From a virus (taxonomy: Duplodnaviria > Caudoviricetes), in the IMG/VR virus record IMGVR_UViG_3300014656_000079, positions 1-35,503 of that record: a DNA stretch of 35,503 nucleotides; one strand, written 5' to 3'. Positions 8,102 to 17,296 of the stretch are shown here, piece by piece (within the stretch, counting starts at the first letter, position 1; the number at the start of each line of letters is the position of its first letter). The notes under the pieces were generated by a model. That model did no database searches. It worked only from the letters and a program-made list of their open reading frames with translations, and had not been told where the DNA came from. Both the position numbers and the translations under genes were made by a program.

Positions 8102-8292
8102 AATTATTATGTAAAGTATTAGGTCATAAGTGGATTCCTGTATATATAAGAAAAGGGGATAGATGGAGTTTTATTGGGACGTATTGTAGGAGATGCTGGT
8201 TTGGCAGAGCGGAATTGTATGATTTTTTGGAGTTTAACAGTCCGATGATTAACACGTATAATGCAGAGTTATGGAAAGAAGGTGGTGAATGA
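8098..8292 (+). CDS. small prophage protein (DUF1660-like)
   Basis: LLCKVLGHKW...CRRC pattern. Confidence 0.55.
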   Translation: MKLLCKVLGHKWIPVYIRKGDRWSFIGTYCRRCWFGRAELYDFLEFNSPMINTYNAELWKEGGE

Positions 8293-8293
8293 C

Positions 8294-8551
8294 ATGAGCA
8301 GATTTGATTTAGTTAAGTTTGAGCGTTTATGTCCTGGCTGCGGCATTAAGATAGATTTCTGGCAGACGAAGGATGGTTTGTGTGAGTTTGAGACCGTACA
8401 ATTTTGGGATGTGGATTATTTTTATTCTTTATGCAGTAAGTGTGGTGTTTTTATAGAGTATAGATTACGGGCAGAAGTCAGGAAGAAGTTTAAGTTAGGG
8501 GATTATGAGATTAAGATCACTAAGACAAAGGAGGAGAATAAGGAGGGATGA
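8294..8551 (+). CDS. zinc-ribbon hypothetical protein
   Basis: CPGC..WQTKDG..CSKC. Confidence 0.65.
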   Translation: MSRFDLVKFERLCPGCGIKIDFWQTKDGLCEFETVQFWDVDYFYSLCSKCGVFIEYRLRAEVRKKFKLGDYEIKITKTKEENKEG

Positions 8552-8823
8552 AGAGTGAGCAAGATTGGTATGATATAGGCTTACAGAACAAGTTTTGGTG
8601 GTGGTTTAATATGAACGGGTTATTAAATAAGGAGACAAAGAGAGTGGAAAATGAAATTATTAAGAAAGAGAAAGATAACAATAATAGTGCGAGATTAAGT
8701 TATAGTGATTATCAGGAAGTACGGGTTATGTTAAAAGAATTGAGGAGAGAAGCACGTGAGCATGCTATTAAGATCAAGAAGTTGATAGACTTTGTGGATT
8801 ACAAGACAAGGATTGGGATATGA
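8548..8823 (+). CDS. hypothetical protein
   Basis: AAGGAGG SD, ATGA coupling. Confidence 0.6.
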   Translation: MKSEQDWYDIGLQNKFWWWFNMNGLLNKETKRVENEIIKKEKDNNNSARLSYSDYQEVRVMLKELRREAREHAIKIKKLIDFVDYKTRIGI

Positions 8824-8867
8824 GTTTTTTGTTTATTTATAGGAATATAAAAAAAGGAGAGAAAGAG

Positions 8868-9272
8868 ATGAAGAAGAGATTAGCTTTGATAGGAGTGGGA
8901 GTATGTATGGCTTTTATTTTAAATGGTTGTGCTGTTATGATGGCTGCTAAGCAGCCGGCAAAGAAGGATGTGAATTTATTGGTTAAGGGCATGCCGAGGA
9001 AGATGCTGCTTGTTGAGTTTGGCAATCCGATTTCGAGTGAGGTGAGGGACGGCATAAGATATGACATTTTTTCTTTTACGCAGGGGTATAGTACTGGTGT
9101 GAAGGCAGGCAGGGCTGTATTTCACGGTGCAGCTGATGTATTTACATTAGGATTATGGGAGGTTGTGGGCACGCCGGCTGAGTCTATTTTTGACGGGCAG
9201 GAGATTGCTTATGAAGTGAGTTATGATGATAATGACAAGGTAGATGAGGTTATTTTACTGAAGAAGAAATAG
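8868..9272 (+). CDS. putative lipoprotein
   Basis: MKKR + hydrophobic stretch + lipobox LNG-C; AAGGAG SD before 8868. Confidence 0.75.
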   Translation: MKKRLALIGVGVCMAFILNGCAVMMAAKQPAKKDVNLLVKGMPRKMLLVEFGNPISSEVRDGIRYDIFSFTQGYSTGVKAGRAVFHGAADVFTLGLWEVVGTPAESIFDGQEIAYEVSYDDNDKVDEVILLKKK

Positions 9273-9740
9273 GGGAGAGAGAAATGGATGATCTCTGGGT
9301 TTTAACTTTTATTTTAGTGGTAATGGATATTGCTTTAATCTTAATGGGCTTAGCGATTAGTTTTTTAGTTGTTAGAGTAAAGAGATTGGAAAAAAATCAA
9401 GTTATATGTTTGTATGATCATGAAGAATAAATTACGTAAGATTTTTTTACATCATCCTATTTCGAATTATCATGCGGGTAAGGTGATAGAGGAGATTATG
9501 GTTGAGATCAGAGAGATGTGCGAAAAATGCAGGGAAGCCAGAAAGAGGGGACGATAAAACATGAGATCTTATTATGTAACAACTGATTATGTAACGTGTT
9601 ATGTTGATATAGATGATAATAGAGTTATTGTGAATATCCCACCTATTTGGAAGAAATTTAAAGGCCAGCGATTAGATGCTTTAATTATATGGCATTTAAA
9701 TAAGGGGAAGGAAATTAATTTAAAGAAAATGGAGGTATAG

Positions 9741-9983
9741 ATGGATATATATGATGACAAGGATATTGCTGGTGAAATAAGATTTCAGGATAATGAAAAA
9801 TCTTCTTTTCAAGAAATATGTTCTTTGCAATTTGATAAAATTGAATATGGGAGAGTAATAGGTATTTCTGATTATGGAAATATAACAAAGATTAAGATTA
9901 ATAAAAAATATATTAAGAGAATAGAAGATCAGGGTAGTTTTAAAATTATTAGTTTATTATCTCAGAAGGAGAATAAAAAATGA
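9741..9983 (+). CDS. hypothetical protein
   Basis: GGAGGT SD; ORF track. Confidence 0.55.
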   Translation: MDIYDDKDIAGEIRFQDNEKSSFQEICSLQFDKIEYGRVIGISDYGNITKIKINKKYIKRIEDQGSFKIISLLSQKENKK

Positions 9984-10330
9984 GAATATTTGAAACTAAT
10001 GAAAAAGTAAATTTTGTAGATAAAAGTAATGTTTTTGTAGGATATGATTTAAGGCAACATTGTTGTGAAAAAGCTGGCTGGTTTATAAGTACTACTGAGG
10101 AAAAAAGAATAATAGAACAAGAATTTAATATAGATACTCAACAATATAATTTTGATACAAAATATTTTATTGAAAATGTATTAGAAGAGGGCGATATAGT
10201 ATTATTTAGACTTATTGCTAAAAACAAACTTGATATATATCTTCATCTTTATAATTGTCATAATGGATACTATGGACATGGATTTGAGAGTAAAATTGGA
10301 GATCAAATATGGAAAGTAGGTACTTTATAA
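9980..10330 (+). CDS. hypothetical phage protein
   Basis: QHCCE...HNGYYGH motifs. Confidence 0.65.
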   Translation: MRIFETNEKVNFVDKSNVFVGYDLRQHCCEKAGWFISTTEEKRIIEQEFNIDTQQYNFDTKYFIENVLEEGDIVLFRLIAKNKLDIYLHLYNCHNGYYGHGFESKIGDQIWKVGTL

Positions 10331-10395
10331 ATATGTTATATATTAATTATTTTGGTAATTTAGAGTTTGTTAATAAATAGAATGGAGAATAAATT

Positions 10396-10596
10396 ATGAA
10401 AGAGATATTAGAGGAGATGGGCAAGCTTAATATTTTATTAAATAGTGAAAGTGCTGAGATTATTGCTAAATATTGGTTTTGGAAAGAGATTTTTTTAGGT
10501 GCTGTTTTTCCTATAGTGGTGATACTTTTTATTTTTACGGGAGCGTTTTATATAATTGATAGTGCTAATAAAGCGAAAGATGAGGGAAAAACATGA
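10396..10596 (+). CDS. small membrane protein
   Basis: Single hydrophobic helix. Confidence 0.55.
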   Translation: MKEILEEMGKLNILLNSESAEIIAKYWFWKEIFLGAVFPIVVILFIFTGAFYIIDSANKAKDEGKT

Positions 10597-11075
10597 CGTA
10601 TAAGGAATTCGAGGTATTATTAAACTGTATGCATAAGGAGGAGCAGAAGATTGTTTCTACTAAGGGGGTGGAATATACTGTTGGGGATCAGTTAGATAAT
10701 TTCAAGAGGATTGGGAAAGAAGTTAAATGTGTGCATTGCGGTGAGGAAGTTGGAGCGAAGGTTGTTTTATGGATTTACTTGAAGAAGCATTTGGACGGCT
10801 TATTAAGTTATATTAATAAGGACAAGGAACTATCTGAGGAGACTGTTATTGGCAGGTTGAAAGATGCCAGGGTATATTTAGCGTTGTTAAGAGGTTTGAT
10901 TTATGAGGAGAAGAATATGTATTTTTTAAAGAAAGAACTGGAAGACCCTGAATTTAAGAAAGCGTATCTTGAGGAGAAGAAGAAGTTGGAGGAGGAGATG
11001 GGTAAAGAAGCTTGTGTTGATGAGAATAGTACTTTTAAGGAGAAGTTAGATGCACTAACAGAATTGGAGATTTAG
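10593..11075 (+). CDS. possible nucleotide-modification-associated (DUF1599/Nmad1-like) helical protein
   Basis: KGxEY...NFKR...KH...D..VY pattern, recognised from memory. Confidence 0.45.
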   Translation: MTYKEFEVLLNCMHKEEQKIVSTKGVEYTVGDQLDNFKRIGKEVKCVHCGEEVGAKVVLWIYLKKHLDGLLSYINKDKELSEETVIGRLKDARVYLALLRGLIYEEKNMYFLKKELEDPEFKKAYLEEKKKLEEEMGKEACVDENSTFKEKLDALTELEI

Positions 11076-11076
11076 C

Positions 11077-11946
11077 ATGAAAGTTTTTTATCATGGGAGT
11101 GACATGGACGGAATATGTTCTGCTGCGATTATTTATCAGAAGTTAACTGATATTTATACATTAGCAAATGATAAGTATATATCGATTAATTACAAGGAGA
11201 AATTTCCTTTTGATAGTATTAAGAAAGGGGAGAAGGTTATTATAGTTGATTTTTCTATTCAGGCAGAAGGGGGTTTTGAGCGTTTATTTAAAATAACACA
11301 GGATGTTATTTGGATTGATCATCATAAGACAGCTATTGAAAGAAATGGACATTTACCTATTAAGGGAGTGAGAGATATAGAGCAGGCAGCGTGTTTTTTA
11401 ACCTGGGATTATTTTTTTCCAGACAGAAAGATGCCGTATATAGTGAAGTTACTTGCTGATTATGATATGTGGAAGTTTGATTATGGGGAGGATACTAATG
11501 CTTTACAGTGTGGCATTAGGCTTGAGGATACAAACCCGGCGCATGTTAATTGGTTTTATTGGCTGGGATTTCGTGATTACTTACCTGAGATTATTATTGT
11601 TAATAAGTTAATTAAAGAGGGAAAGACTGCTTTGAAATATCGGAATAATACATATTGTTCTTTGATAAAATCCTGGTCTTTTGAAGTTGAGTTTGAAGGG
11701 CATAAGAGTATTGCTTGTAATGCAGGCAGTGTGAGTTCTCAGTTATTTGATTCTGTTGCGAATAAAGAGCAATATGATTTATTTATACCGTTTATTTGGG
11801 ATGGTGAGAGATGGACTATTAGTTTACATACTGAGAAGGATGATATTGACGTGAGTGAACTTGCGAAGAAGTATGGCGGGGGAGGGCACAGGAAGGCGGC
11901 AGGGTTTCAATGTAGCAGCTTGCCTTTTGCCATTTTACAGAGATGA
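11077..11946 (+). CDS. DHH/DHHA1 family phosphoesterase
   Basis: HGSDMDG, VDFS, IDHH, DxD, GGGGHRKAAGF motifs. Confidence 0.92.
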   Translation: MKVFYHGSDMDGICSAAIIYQKLTDIYTLANDKYISINYKEKFPFDSIKKGEKVIIVDFSIQAEGGFERLFKITQDVIWIDHHKTAIERNGHLPIKGVRDIEQAACFLTWDYFFPDRKMPYIVKLLADYDMWKFDYGEDTNALQCGIRLEDTNPAHVNWFYWLGFRDYLPEIIIVNKLIKEGKTALKYRNNTYCSLIKSWSFEVEFEGHKSIACNAGSVSSQLFDSVANKEQYDLFIPFIWDGERWTISLHTEKDDIDVSELAKKYGGGGHRKAAGFQCSSLPFAILQR

Positions 11947-12152
11947 TTGAAATCAGAGAGTTAACAATACAAGATTTAGGCAGGGAGGTTATTTATCATC
12001 CTTATGGAGAGAAGGAAAAGGAGGGGATGATTACTGACTGGAATAATGATGTTATATTTATTAGGTATGGAAGTGATGTGCATAGCAAAGGCACATATCC
12101 CTGGAATTTAGATTTTGTAAACAAACAGAAAAAGGAGGCGCATGATGCATAA
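11943..12152 (+). CDS. hypothetical protein (SH3-like beta fold)
   Basis: ATGA-coupled ORF. Confidence 0.6.
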   Translation: MIEIRELTIQDLGREVIYHPYGEKEKEGMITDWNNDVIFIRYGSDVHSKGTYPWNLDFVNKQKKEAHDA

Positions 12153-12339
12153 AATAAGACTAACTGCTGATTGTCCAGATTGCGATGAGGAAATGAAATT
12201 TTTTGTAGGAGATTTAACAGGCAGCACAGAACCTACGATTGATATTAGTAATTTTGAACAGACAACTTTTCATTGTGAAAACTGTGATAAGGATTTCCAT
12301 ACAGGAGATATTGATTTATATAGTGATGATGAACTTTAA
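12142..12339 (+). CDS. zinc-ribbon protein
   Basis: CPDC...CENC. Confidence 0.65.
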   Translation: MMHKIRLTADCPDCDEEMKFFVGDLTGSTEPTIDISNFEQTTFHCENCDKDFHTGDIDLYSDDEL

Positions 12340-12348
12340 GGAGGGGTA

Positions 12349-12591
12349 ATGCAACAAAGAGAATTTAAGGGCATGCCGGACAGAAGCAGGCTGGGTAGTT
12401 TAGCTATTGAGTATATTCAGGCGATTGATGATTTAGAGAAGCAGAGGAGAATAGTGGAGACAATAAAGAAGGATTTAGTAGCTGAGTTTTTAGCTTCTAA
12501 GGATAAGATAATTCGAGTGGATAATTTTACTGTTTCTTATTCTCATGTAGAGACTGATAAGATTAATGTAAGGAACAAGCAGAAGAATTAG
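12349..12591 (+). CDS. hypothetical protein
   Basis: AAGGAGG SD. Confidence 0.6.
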   Translation: MQQREFKGMPDRSRLGSLAIEYIQAIDDLEKQRRIVETIKKDLVAEFLASKDKIIRVDNFTVSYSHVETDKINVRNKQKN

Positions 12592-12601
12592 AAAGGTAAA
12601 T

Positions 12602-12811
12602 ATGATATTTGAAAAAGAGAAAAAAGATATTAAAGAAGTTTTAAGAATAGCAGAAGAATGGGGATATGGAAATGTTATTGTTTTATTAAAGAGAGCATGG
12701 ATGGAAAAGCTTAAAGAATGGGGATTGGATGAAGCGGCTGCTTTAGAAGCGGTAAGTGGGCATAGTCCTTATTCTATTGATGTGTTTAAAAGATTTAAAA
12801 ATGATAAATGA
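12602..12811 (+). CDS. hypothetical protein
   Basis: ORF in operon. Confidence 0.6.
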   Translation: MIFEKEKKDIKEVLRIAEEWGYGNVIVLLKRAWMEKLKEWGLDEAAALEAVSGHSPYSIDVFKRFKNDK

Positions 12812-13166
12812 ACAATTAATTGAGGTAAAAAAAATGGAAGAGTTAACTAAAGAGCAGTTTTTAAAGAGGTGTGAGACTATATATGATCTTGGTTTTGCGC
12901 GGAAAAAGATTTTATCTTTATTGTATGAATGGGTAGATGCAGTTCTGAGGCTTGAAGGCAGTCAGGTGCATTATTGGATTGATTTTTTAGTAAAAGAGAA
13001 GGCCAGGACGAAAAATTTTAGCAATGTATTAGCAAGAGATAAAGAGTATGCTTTATGTTGTTTAACAGCTATTTTAGATCATCCTTGTCAGCAATGTGCA
13101 GAGGATAGGGATGCATGGCATACGCGTTCAAGTTTTTGCAATCACAAGAAGAAGGAGGAGGAGTAA
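12756..13166 (+). CDS. hypothetical protein (true start probably downstream)
   Basis: ORF track; HPCQQC..WHTR..C.H metal-binding-like C-terminus. Confidence 0.6.
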   Translation: MGIVLILLMCLKDLKMINEQLIEVKKMEELTKEQFLKRCETIYDLGFARKKILSLLYEWVDAVLRLEGSQVHYWIDFLVKEKARTKNFSNVLARDKEYALCCLTAILDHPCQQCAEDRDAWHTRSSFCNHKKKEEE

Positions 13167-13169
13167 TAG

Positions 13170-13649
13170 ATGAAAGATAAGTATATAGCATTTATGTTAG
13201 AAAGTAATAGGATTGAAGGAGAGGATAGACTTAATCCTGGAGATATTAAAGCAGTTAAGTTAGCTTTAGAGGGAATAAATACGATAGATGATATATTACG
13301 TATACATCAAGTTTTGGGTGAGTATTTACAGAAGGCTTGGGTCGGAAAATTCAGGGCATGTAATGTGAGAGTAGGTAGGTACAGACCTCCTCATTACAAA
13401 AAAGTAAGTGAGTTAATGGATAGATTTATTACTGATTTAGTTGTAATGGATTCTTGGGAAGCGCATAATGAGTTTGAGAGAGTGCATCCTTTTCAGGACT
13501 TAAATGGCAGAACGGGCAGGTTAATTTGGTTATCGAAAGCTGTAAATGAGGGGTATGATTTTTCAATACCTTTTCTTCAGGCGTATTATTATCAGACGCT
13601 TAGTATTTATGAAAGGAAAAAGGGATTAGTTATTCACGAAACTATTTAA
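13170..13649 (+). CDS. Fic/Doc family protein
   Basis: HPFQDLNGRTGR (Fic motif) and N-terminal SNRIEG (S/TxxxEG). Confidence 0.88.
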   Translation: MKDKYIAFMLESNRIEGEDRLNPGDIKAVKLALEGINTIDDILRIHQVLGEYLQKAWVGKFRACNVRVGRYRPPHYKKVSELMDRFITDLVVMDSWEAHNEFERVHPFQDLNGRTGRLIWLSKAVNEGYDFSIPFLQAYYYQTLSIYERKKGLVIHETI

Positions 13650-13667
13650 AAAAAGGGGGAAAAGGAA

Positions 13668-14909
13668 ATGAAGATCATTGGCTTAAAGACTGAGAACATT
13701 AAGAATTTGAAAGTAGTACAGATTCATCCTGATGAAGAGAGTAATGTTGTTATGTTAACGGGCAAGATGGGTGCTGGCAAGTCTGCTATTTTAGAGTCTA
13801 TTGAGATGGCATTGACTGGCAAGGTTATTCAGAAGCCGATTAGGGAGGGAGAGGATAGAGCTGAGGTTATTGTTAATTTAGGTGATTATATAGTAAAGAA
13901 AGTATTTACTAAAAAGGGCAATAAGCTGGAAGTATATAATACTGAAGGAGCGAAATATCCTAGTCCCCAGGCATTATTAGATAAGATACTGGGTGATTTA
14001 ACGTTTGATCCATTATCTTTTAGTCGTATGAAAGAGAAGGAGCAATTGGAGTTATTAAAGAAGCTTGTTGGATTGGATTTTAGTGATTTAGATAAGACAA
14101 TGTATGAGAAGTATGAGCAGAGGACTTTTATTAATCGTGAGATCAAGGAGTTAGATGGACAGTTTAAGAGTTTTATTATTACACAGGAGGAGCTACCTGA
14201 AGAGGAGCTTTCGTTAAAGGATGAATTGCAGAAATTACGAAAAATGGAAGAGCAGGACAAAAAGCATAATGAGTTTCAGCAGAAGGGGATTGTTTTATTA
14301 GAGAGTACTACTGAGAAGAGAAAGAGGATTAAGAAGCTGCAGGATATGATTGTTGTATTGGAAGGGGAGATTGAAGATAATGGCATTAAACTTGAGGAGT
14401 TAGAGAGAATAGCGCCTGCTGAGGTTTTAGAGGATAAGTTACAGAAGGCGCGTGATTTTGTAGAGAGTATTGAGTTAAAGAACAAGAAGATCAGAGATAG
14501 AAACGAGTATAACAGGATAAAGCAAGTATTAGAGGAAAAAAGAAAGATTTCAGAAGAGTTATCTATAGAAAGGGATAATATCCAGCTTGAAAAGGTCAAA
14601 AGAATTAAGAATTGTAAATTTCCTGTTAAAAACCTATCAATAGATGAGAATATTGTCTTGTATGAAGGAAAACCATTTAAGCAGTTGAGTTCTGGTGAGC
14701 AGGTAATGATTTCAACAGCGATTGCAATGACGTTAAATCCAACATTGAAGGTTATTTTAATTAGAGAAGGGTCTTTACTGGATTCACGCGGCTTGGGGAT
14801 GGTTGCTAAAGCAGCACAGAATAAAGACTATCAAGTTTGGATTGAGAAAGTTGATGAGACTGGGGAGTGTGGTATTTATATTGAAGAGGGGGAGATAAAG
14901 AATGGGTAA
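13668..14909 (+). CDS. SMC/SbcC-like ABC ATPase with coiled coil
   Basis: Walker A GKMGAGKS, long coiled coil, signature LSSGEQ, degenerate Walker B/D-loop ILIREGSLLD. Confidence 0.88.
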   Translation: MKIIGLKTENIKNLKVVQIHPDEESNVVMLTGKMGAGKSAILESIEMALTGKVIQKPIREGEDRAEVIVNLGDYIVKKVFTKKGNKLEVYNTEGAKYPSPQALLDKILGDLTFDPLSFSRMKEKEQLELLKKLVGLDFSDLDKTMYEKYEQRTFINREIKELDGQFKSFIITQEELPEEELSLKDELQKLRKMEEQDKKHNEFQQKGIVLLESTTEKRKRIKKLQDMIVVLEGEIEDNGIKLEELERIAPAEVLEDKLQKARDFVESIELKNKKIRDRNEYNRIKQVLEEKRKISEELSIERDNIQLEKVKRIKNCKFPVKNLSIDENIVLYEGKPFKQLSSGEQVMISTAIAMTLNPTLKVILIREGSLLDSRGLGMVAKAAQNKDYQVWIEKVDETGECGIYIEEGEIKNG

Positions 14910-15159
14910 AAAAAATGATTCTATTATTGATTATTGGAAAATGGAAATAAGAAACAGAGAAAGTAATGAAGTATTTTTGGACCTGATTATATTTATAGGT
15001 TTTAGTACAGCATTAGTTACGATGTACATATTTGCTTTTTATTGTAGTATTAATATAATTGTGCATAGTATTAATACAAAAGACATAGTACATTTATGGT
15101 TTGGAGGGCTTATGGGATGTAGCTTTGTTGTTTTATTTATTAAAATGTTTTTTTATTAA
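14902..15159 (+). CDS. small two-TM membrane protein
   Basis: Two hydrophobic helices; starts in junction motif J3. Confidence 0.6.
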   Translation: MGKKNDSIIDYWKMEIRNRESNEVFLDLIIFIGFSTALVTMYIFAFYCSINIIVHSINTKDIVHLWFGGLMGCSFVVLFIKMFFY

Positions 15160-15173
15160 TAAAGAGATAAAGA

Positions 15174-15265
15174 GTGATCACTCCGCCAGCTAAAGCAGAC
15201 GGCTTCTCGTTTCAACGAGTGGTATTAAATTACCAACTCTCCACGAAGGCTCAATCCAAGCCTTT
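15174..15265 (-). ncRNA. TnpB omegaRNA/reRNA scaffold (5' limit uncertain)
   Basis: Hairpins overlapping tnpB 3' end and RE; guide would be flank TCTTTATCTCTTTATTAATA. Confidence 0.65.
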
Positions 15266-16338
15266 TGTAAAATATTTAGGGCTGCATTTATATCCCTATC
15301 AAGGGATAACCCGCAATGAGGACAATTATGCATTCTAACAGCAAGCGATTTTTTAACAATTTCTCCACAGGTAGAGCATTTTTGAGATGTCCATTTAGGG
15401 TCAATTTCTTTATACCCTCTCCCAGCATTTTCAGCTTTGGATTTGAGTATATTCAGGAACATTCCCCATCCTGCGTCAGAAATACTTTTAGCAAGATATC
15501 TGTTCTTACTCATATTTTTTATATTAAGATTTTCTACAGCAAATCCATCATAGTTTTGAACAAGAAAATATGTGGTTTTATGACAAAAGTCGAGTCTTTG
15601 GTTAGAAACTTTTTCGTGATTTTTAGCAACAAGAATACGAGCCTTTTTCCTGCGATTAGATCCATTTTTTTTATGAGAAAGTTGTCTTTGAGATTTAGTA
15701 AGTTTTCTTTCAGATTGCCTTAAGTATTTAGGAGATCTAATTTGCATTCCATCACTAGTGGAAATAAAATGGTTAAGTCCAACATCAATTCCAATACTTT
15801 TATTAGTTTTAGGAAGATAATTAGGTTTGCATTCAACAACAAAAGAAGCATACCACTTATTATTTTTTCTGATAACAGTAACAGTTTTGATATTACCAAT
15901 AATAGGTCTATGCCATTTAACTTTAATACAACCAATATTTTGAAGGTAAAGGCGATTAGCTTTTATTTGACACCCGTCACCAAGAGAGGCATAAATTATA
16001 CTATTAAATCTATCAGCAGATTTAAACAGTGGATAACCAGCTTTTTCTCCAGATTTAATTCTATGGAAAAAAGATTTAAAAGATTTATCCAATTTACGAA
16101 GTGTTTGTTGAAGAGAACTGTAATTACAAAGGACAAGGTTTTTGTTTTCTTTTTTAAGTTTTGGCAAAAGGGTTGTGGCTTGAGTGGTATAATTAATTCC
16201 TTTGCCTGTTTCCTTATAAATCTTTTTTCTTTGCTCAAGGGCTTGGTTGTACAAAAAACGATGCCCTTTAAGTTGGAATATAATGGAATAAATTTGGTTT
16301 TTTGTCGGATAAAGCTTGTATTTAAAAACCTTAAACAT
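15190..16338 (-). CDS. tnpB: RNA-guided endonuclease TnpB
   Basis: FKYKLYP N-terminus, RuvC residues GIDVG / VENL / DRDINAA, CSTC..CPHC zinc finger. Confidence 0.95.
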   Translation of the reverse strand: MFKVFKYKLYPTKNQIYSIIFQLKGHRFLYNQALEQRKKIYKETGKGINYTTQATTLLPKLKKENKNLVLCNYSSLQQTLRKLDKSFKSFFHRIKSGEKAGYPLFKSADRFNSIIYASLGDGCQIKANRLYLQNIGCIKVKWHRPIIGNIKTVTVIRKNNKWYASFVVECKPNYLPKTNKSIGIDVGLNHFISTSDGMQIRSPKYLRQSERKLTKSQRQLSHKKNGSNRRKKARILVAKNHEKVSNQRLDFCHKTTYFLVQNYDGFAVENLNIKNMSKNRYLAKSISDAGWGMFLNILKSKAENAGRGYKEIDPKWTSQKCSTCGEIVKKSLAVRMHNCPHCGLSLDRDINAALNILQKAWIEPSWRVGNLIPLVETRSRLL

Positions 16339-16737
16339 TTATTTCCCCTTTTGGTGAGCAATATAATTTTTAATAACACTGTCACTTACAAAACCAGCAG
16401 TTCCAACATAATAAGAACGAGACCACAAAGTAGGGAGTTTTTTTCTCAGGTGTTCATATTTATTTCTCAATTCATGAGAAGTAAATCCTTTAAACTGTTG
16501 AACAATATAATGTACGGGAAATATTGGTTTAGTAGAAATAAACAAATGTATATGATCTGGCATTATTTCCAATCCACCTATTTCAATATTAAGTTCTTTC
16601 GCTTTCTTTTCTATACACAATTTAAGATCTTTAGCAACAATATCAATCAATACAGCCTTACGATATTTAGGACACCATACTAAATGATAATTAATATTAT
16701 AAACACAACCAGCTGAAATTTTATATCTGTTTTTCAT
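16339..16737 (-). CDS. tnpA: Y1 HUH transposase TnpA (IS200 type)
   Basis: YHLVWCPKYR, DHIHLF (HUH), LWSRSYY, catalytic YIxxQ; start MKNRYK at 16737. Confidence 0.95.
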   Translation of the reverse strand: MKNRYKISAGCVYNINYHLVWCPKYRKAVLIDIVAKDLKLCIEKKAKELNIEIGGLEIMPDHIHLFISTKPIFPVHYIVQQFKGFTSHELRNKYEHLRKKLPTLWSRSYYVGTAGFVSDSVIKNYIAHQKGK

Positions 16738-16744
16738 ATATATA

Positions 16745-16773
16745 AATATAACATAAGTCTGACAGAAAATCAA
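16745..16773 (-). promoter_or_regulatory. sigma70-type promoter of tnpA (near-leaderless)
   Basis: TTGATT-17 nt-TATATT with extended TG; ATG 7 nt after the -10. Confidence 0.5.
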
Positions 16774-16851
16774 GAAAAACTTTAAAAAAGAAAGGAGGAT
16801 ACGCAATTCACCTGACGACTAAAGTCTTCAGTCCCCTTGCGTAACTAACAT

Positions 16852-17118
16852 ATGGGTAATATAGATATTTTTATTGTTAATAAAATTGATAAGATGAAAG
16901 ACAATTTTATCCAAACTACTAGTTTATGTCCTAATATTATATTATTAGGACATAAACAATATATAGATCTTAGAGAAAAAATATCTGCTTTTGATTTTTG
17001 TTTTGATTTTGGGGAATATATGCAATATCGCGGAATGGGTATTATAGAAGTCAATTTAAATGACTATATATTTGTTGGTTTTGGTTATAGTCAACAGGGG
17101 GAAATAAAGAATGGGTAA
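16852..17118 (+). CDS. hypothetical protein, paralog of 17329-17625
   Basis: Shared IVxKIxK..F.QT...PN..LLG.KQY...M.Y/WGM...DYI.VG; its ATG is the IS target. Confidence 0.7.
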   Translation: MGNIDIFIVNKIDKMKDNFIQTTSLCPNIILLGHKQYIDLREKISAFDFCFDFGEYMQYRGMGIIEVNLNDYIFVGFGYSQQGEIKNG

Positions 17119-17296
17119 TACGATATGTTTAGTAGAAGAGGGGTTGGCGTGTTTTGAAAAACTAAGAGAAAGACGTCCTCAGTTATTTGATGATGGATAT
17201 TATCGTATAGGAATGCAGCAATTAAGATGGTATTTATTACTTAATGAACAGAAACAAAAAAAGAAAAAGAATAAAAAATTGTGTTTTTTAAAATAA
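17111..17296 (+). CDS. hypothetical protein
   Basis: Starts in J3 junction. Confidence 0.5.
   Translation: MGNTICLVEEGLACFEKLRERRPQLFDDGYYRIGMQQLRWYLLLNEQKQKKKKNKKLCFLK

Larger units (their letters stand above)
15174..16851 (-). mobile_element. IS200/IS605-family insertion sequence (tnpA+tnpB), complete
   Basis: RE hairpin ending TCAC at 15174; LE hairpin CTGAAGACTTTAGTCGTCAG near 16812-16831; target CCAT adjacent (ATGG at 16852); empty site regenerates the J3 junction. Confidence 0.92.
14887..17118 (+). repeat. gene-junction repeat family J3 (AGGGGGARATAAAGAATGGGTAA)
   Basis: 14887-14909 and 17096-17118 are 22/23 identical; a third copy is reconstituted by removing the IS (GAGATAAAGA|ATGGGTAAT). 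Confidence 0.85.

Noticed and set aside
380-14599. Numerous minus-strand ORFs in the accessory region
   Set aside because: They overlap SD-supported, coupled + strand genes and have the Ser/Phe/Leu-rich composition expected of antisense frames.
14750-14783. Inactivated ATPase due to Walker B lacking the canonical DE
   Set aside because: Walker A, signature and D-loop are intact, and similar variants are recalled in this phage ATPase family; loss of function cannot be claimed.
15742-16683. 313-aa + strand ORF (and 15316-15723)
   Set aside because: Antisense shadow of tnpA/tnpB with no recognisable motifs.
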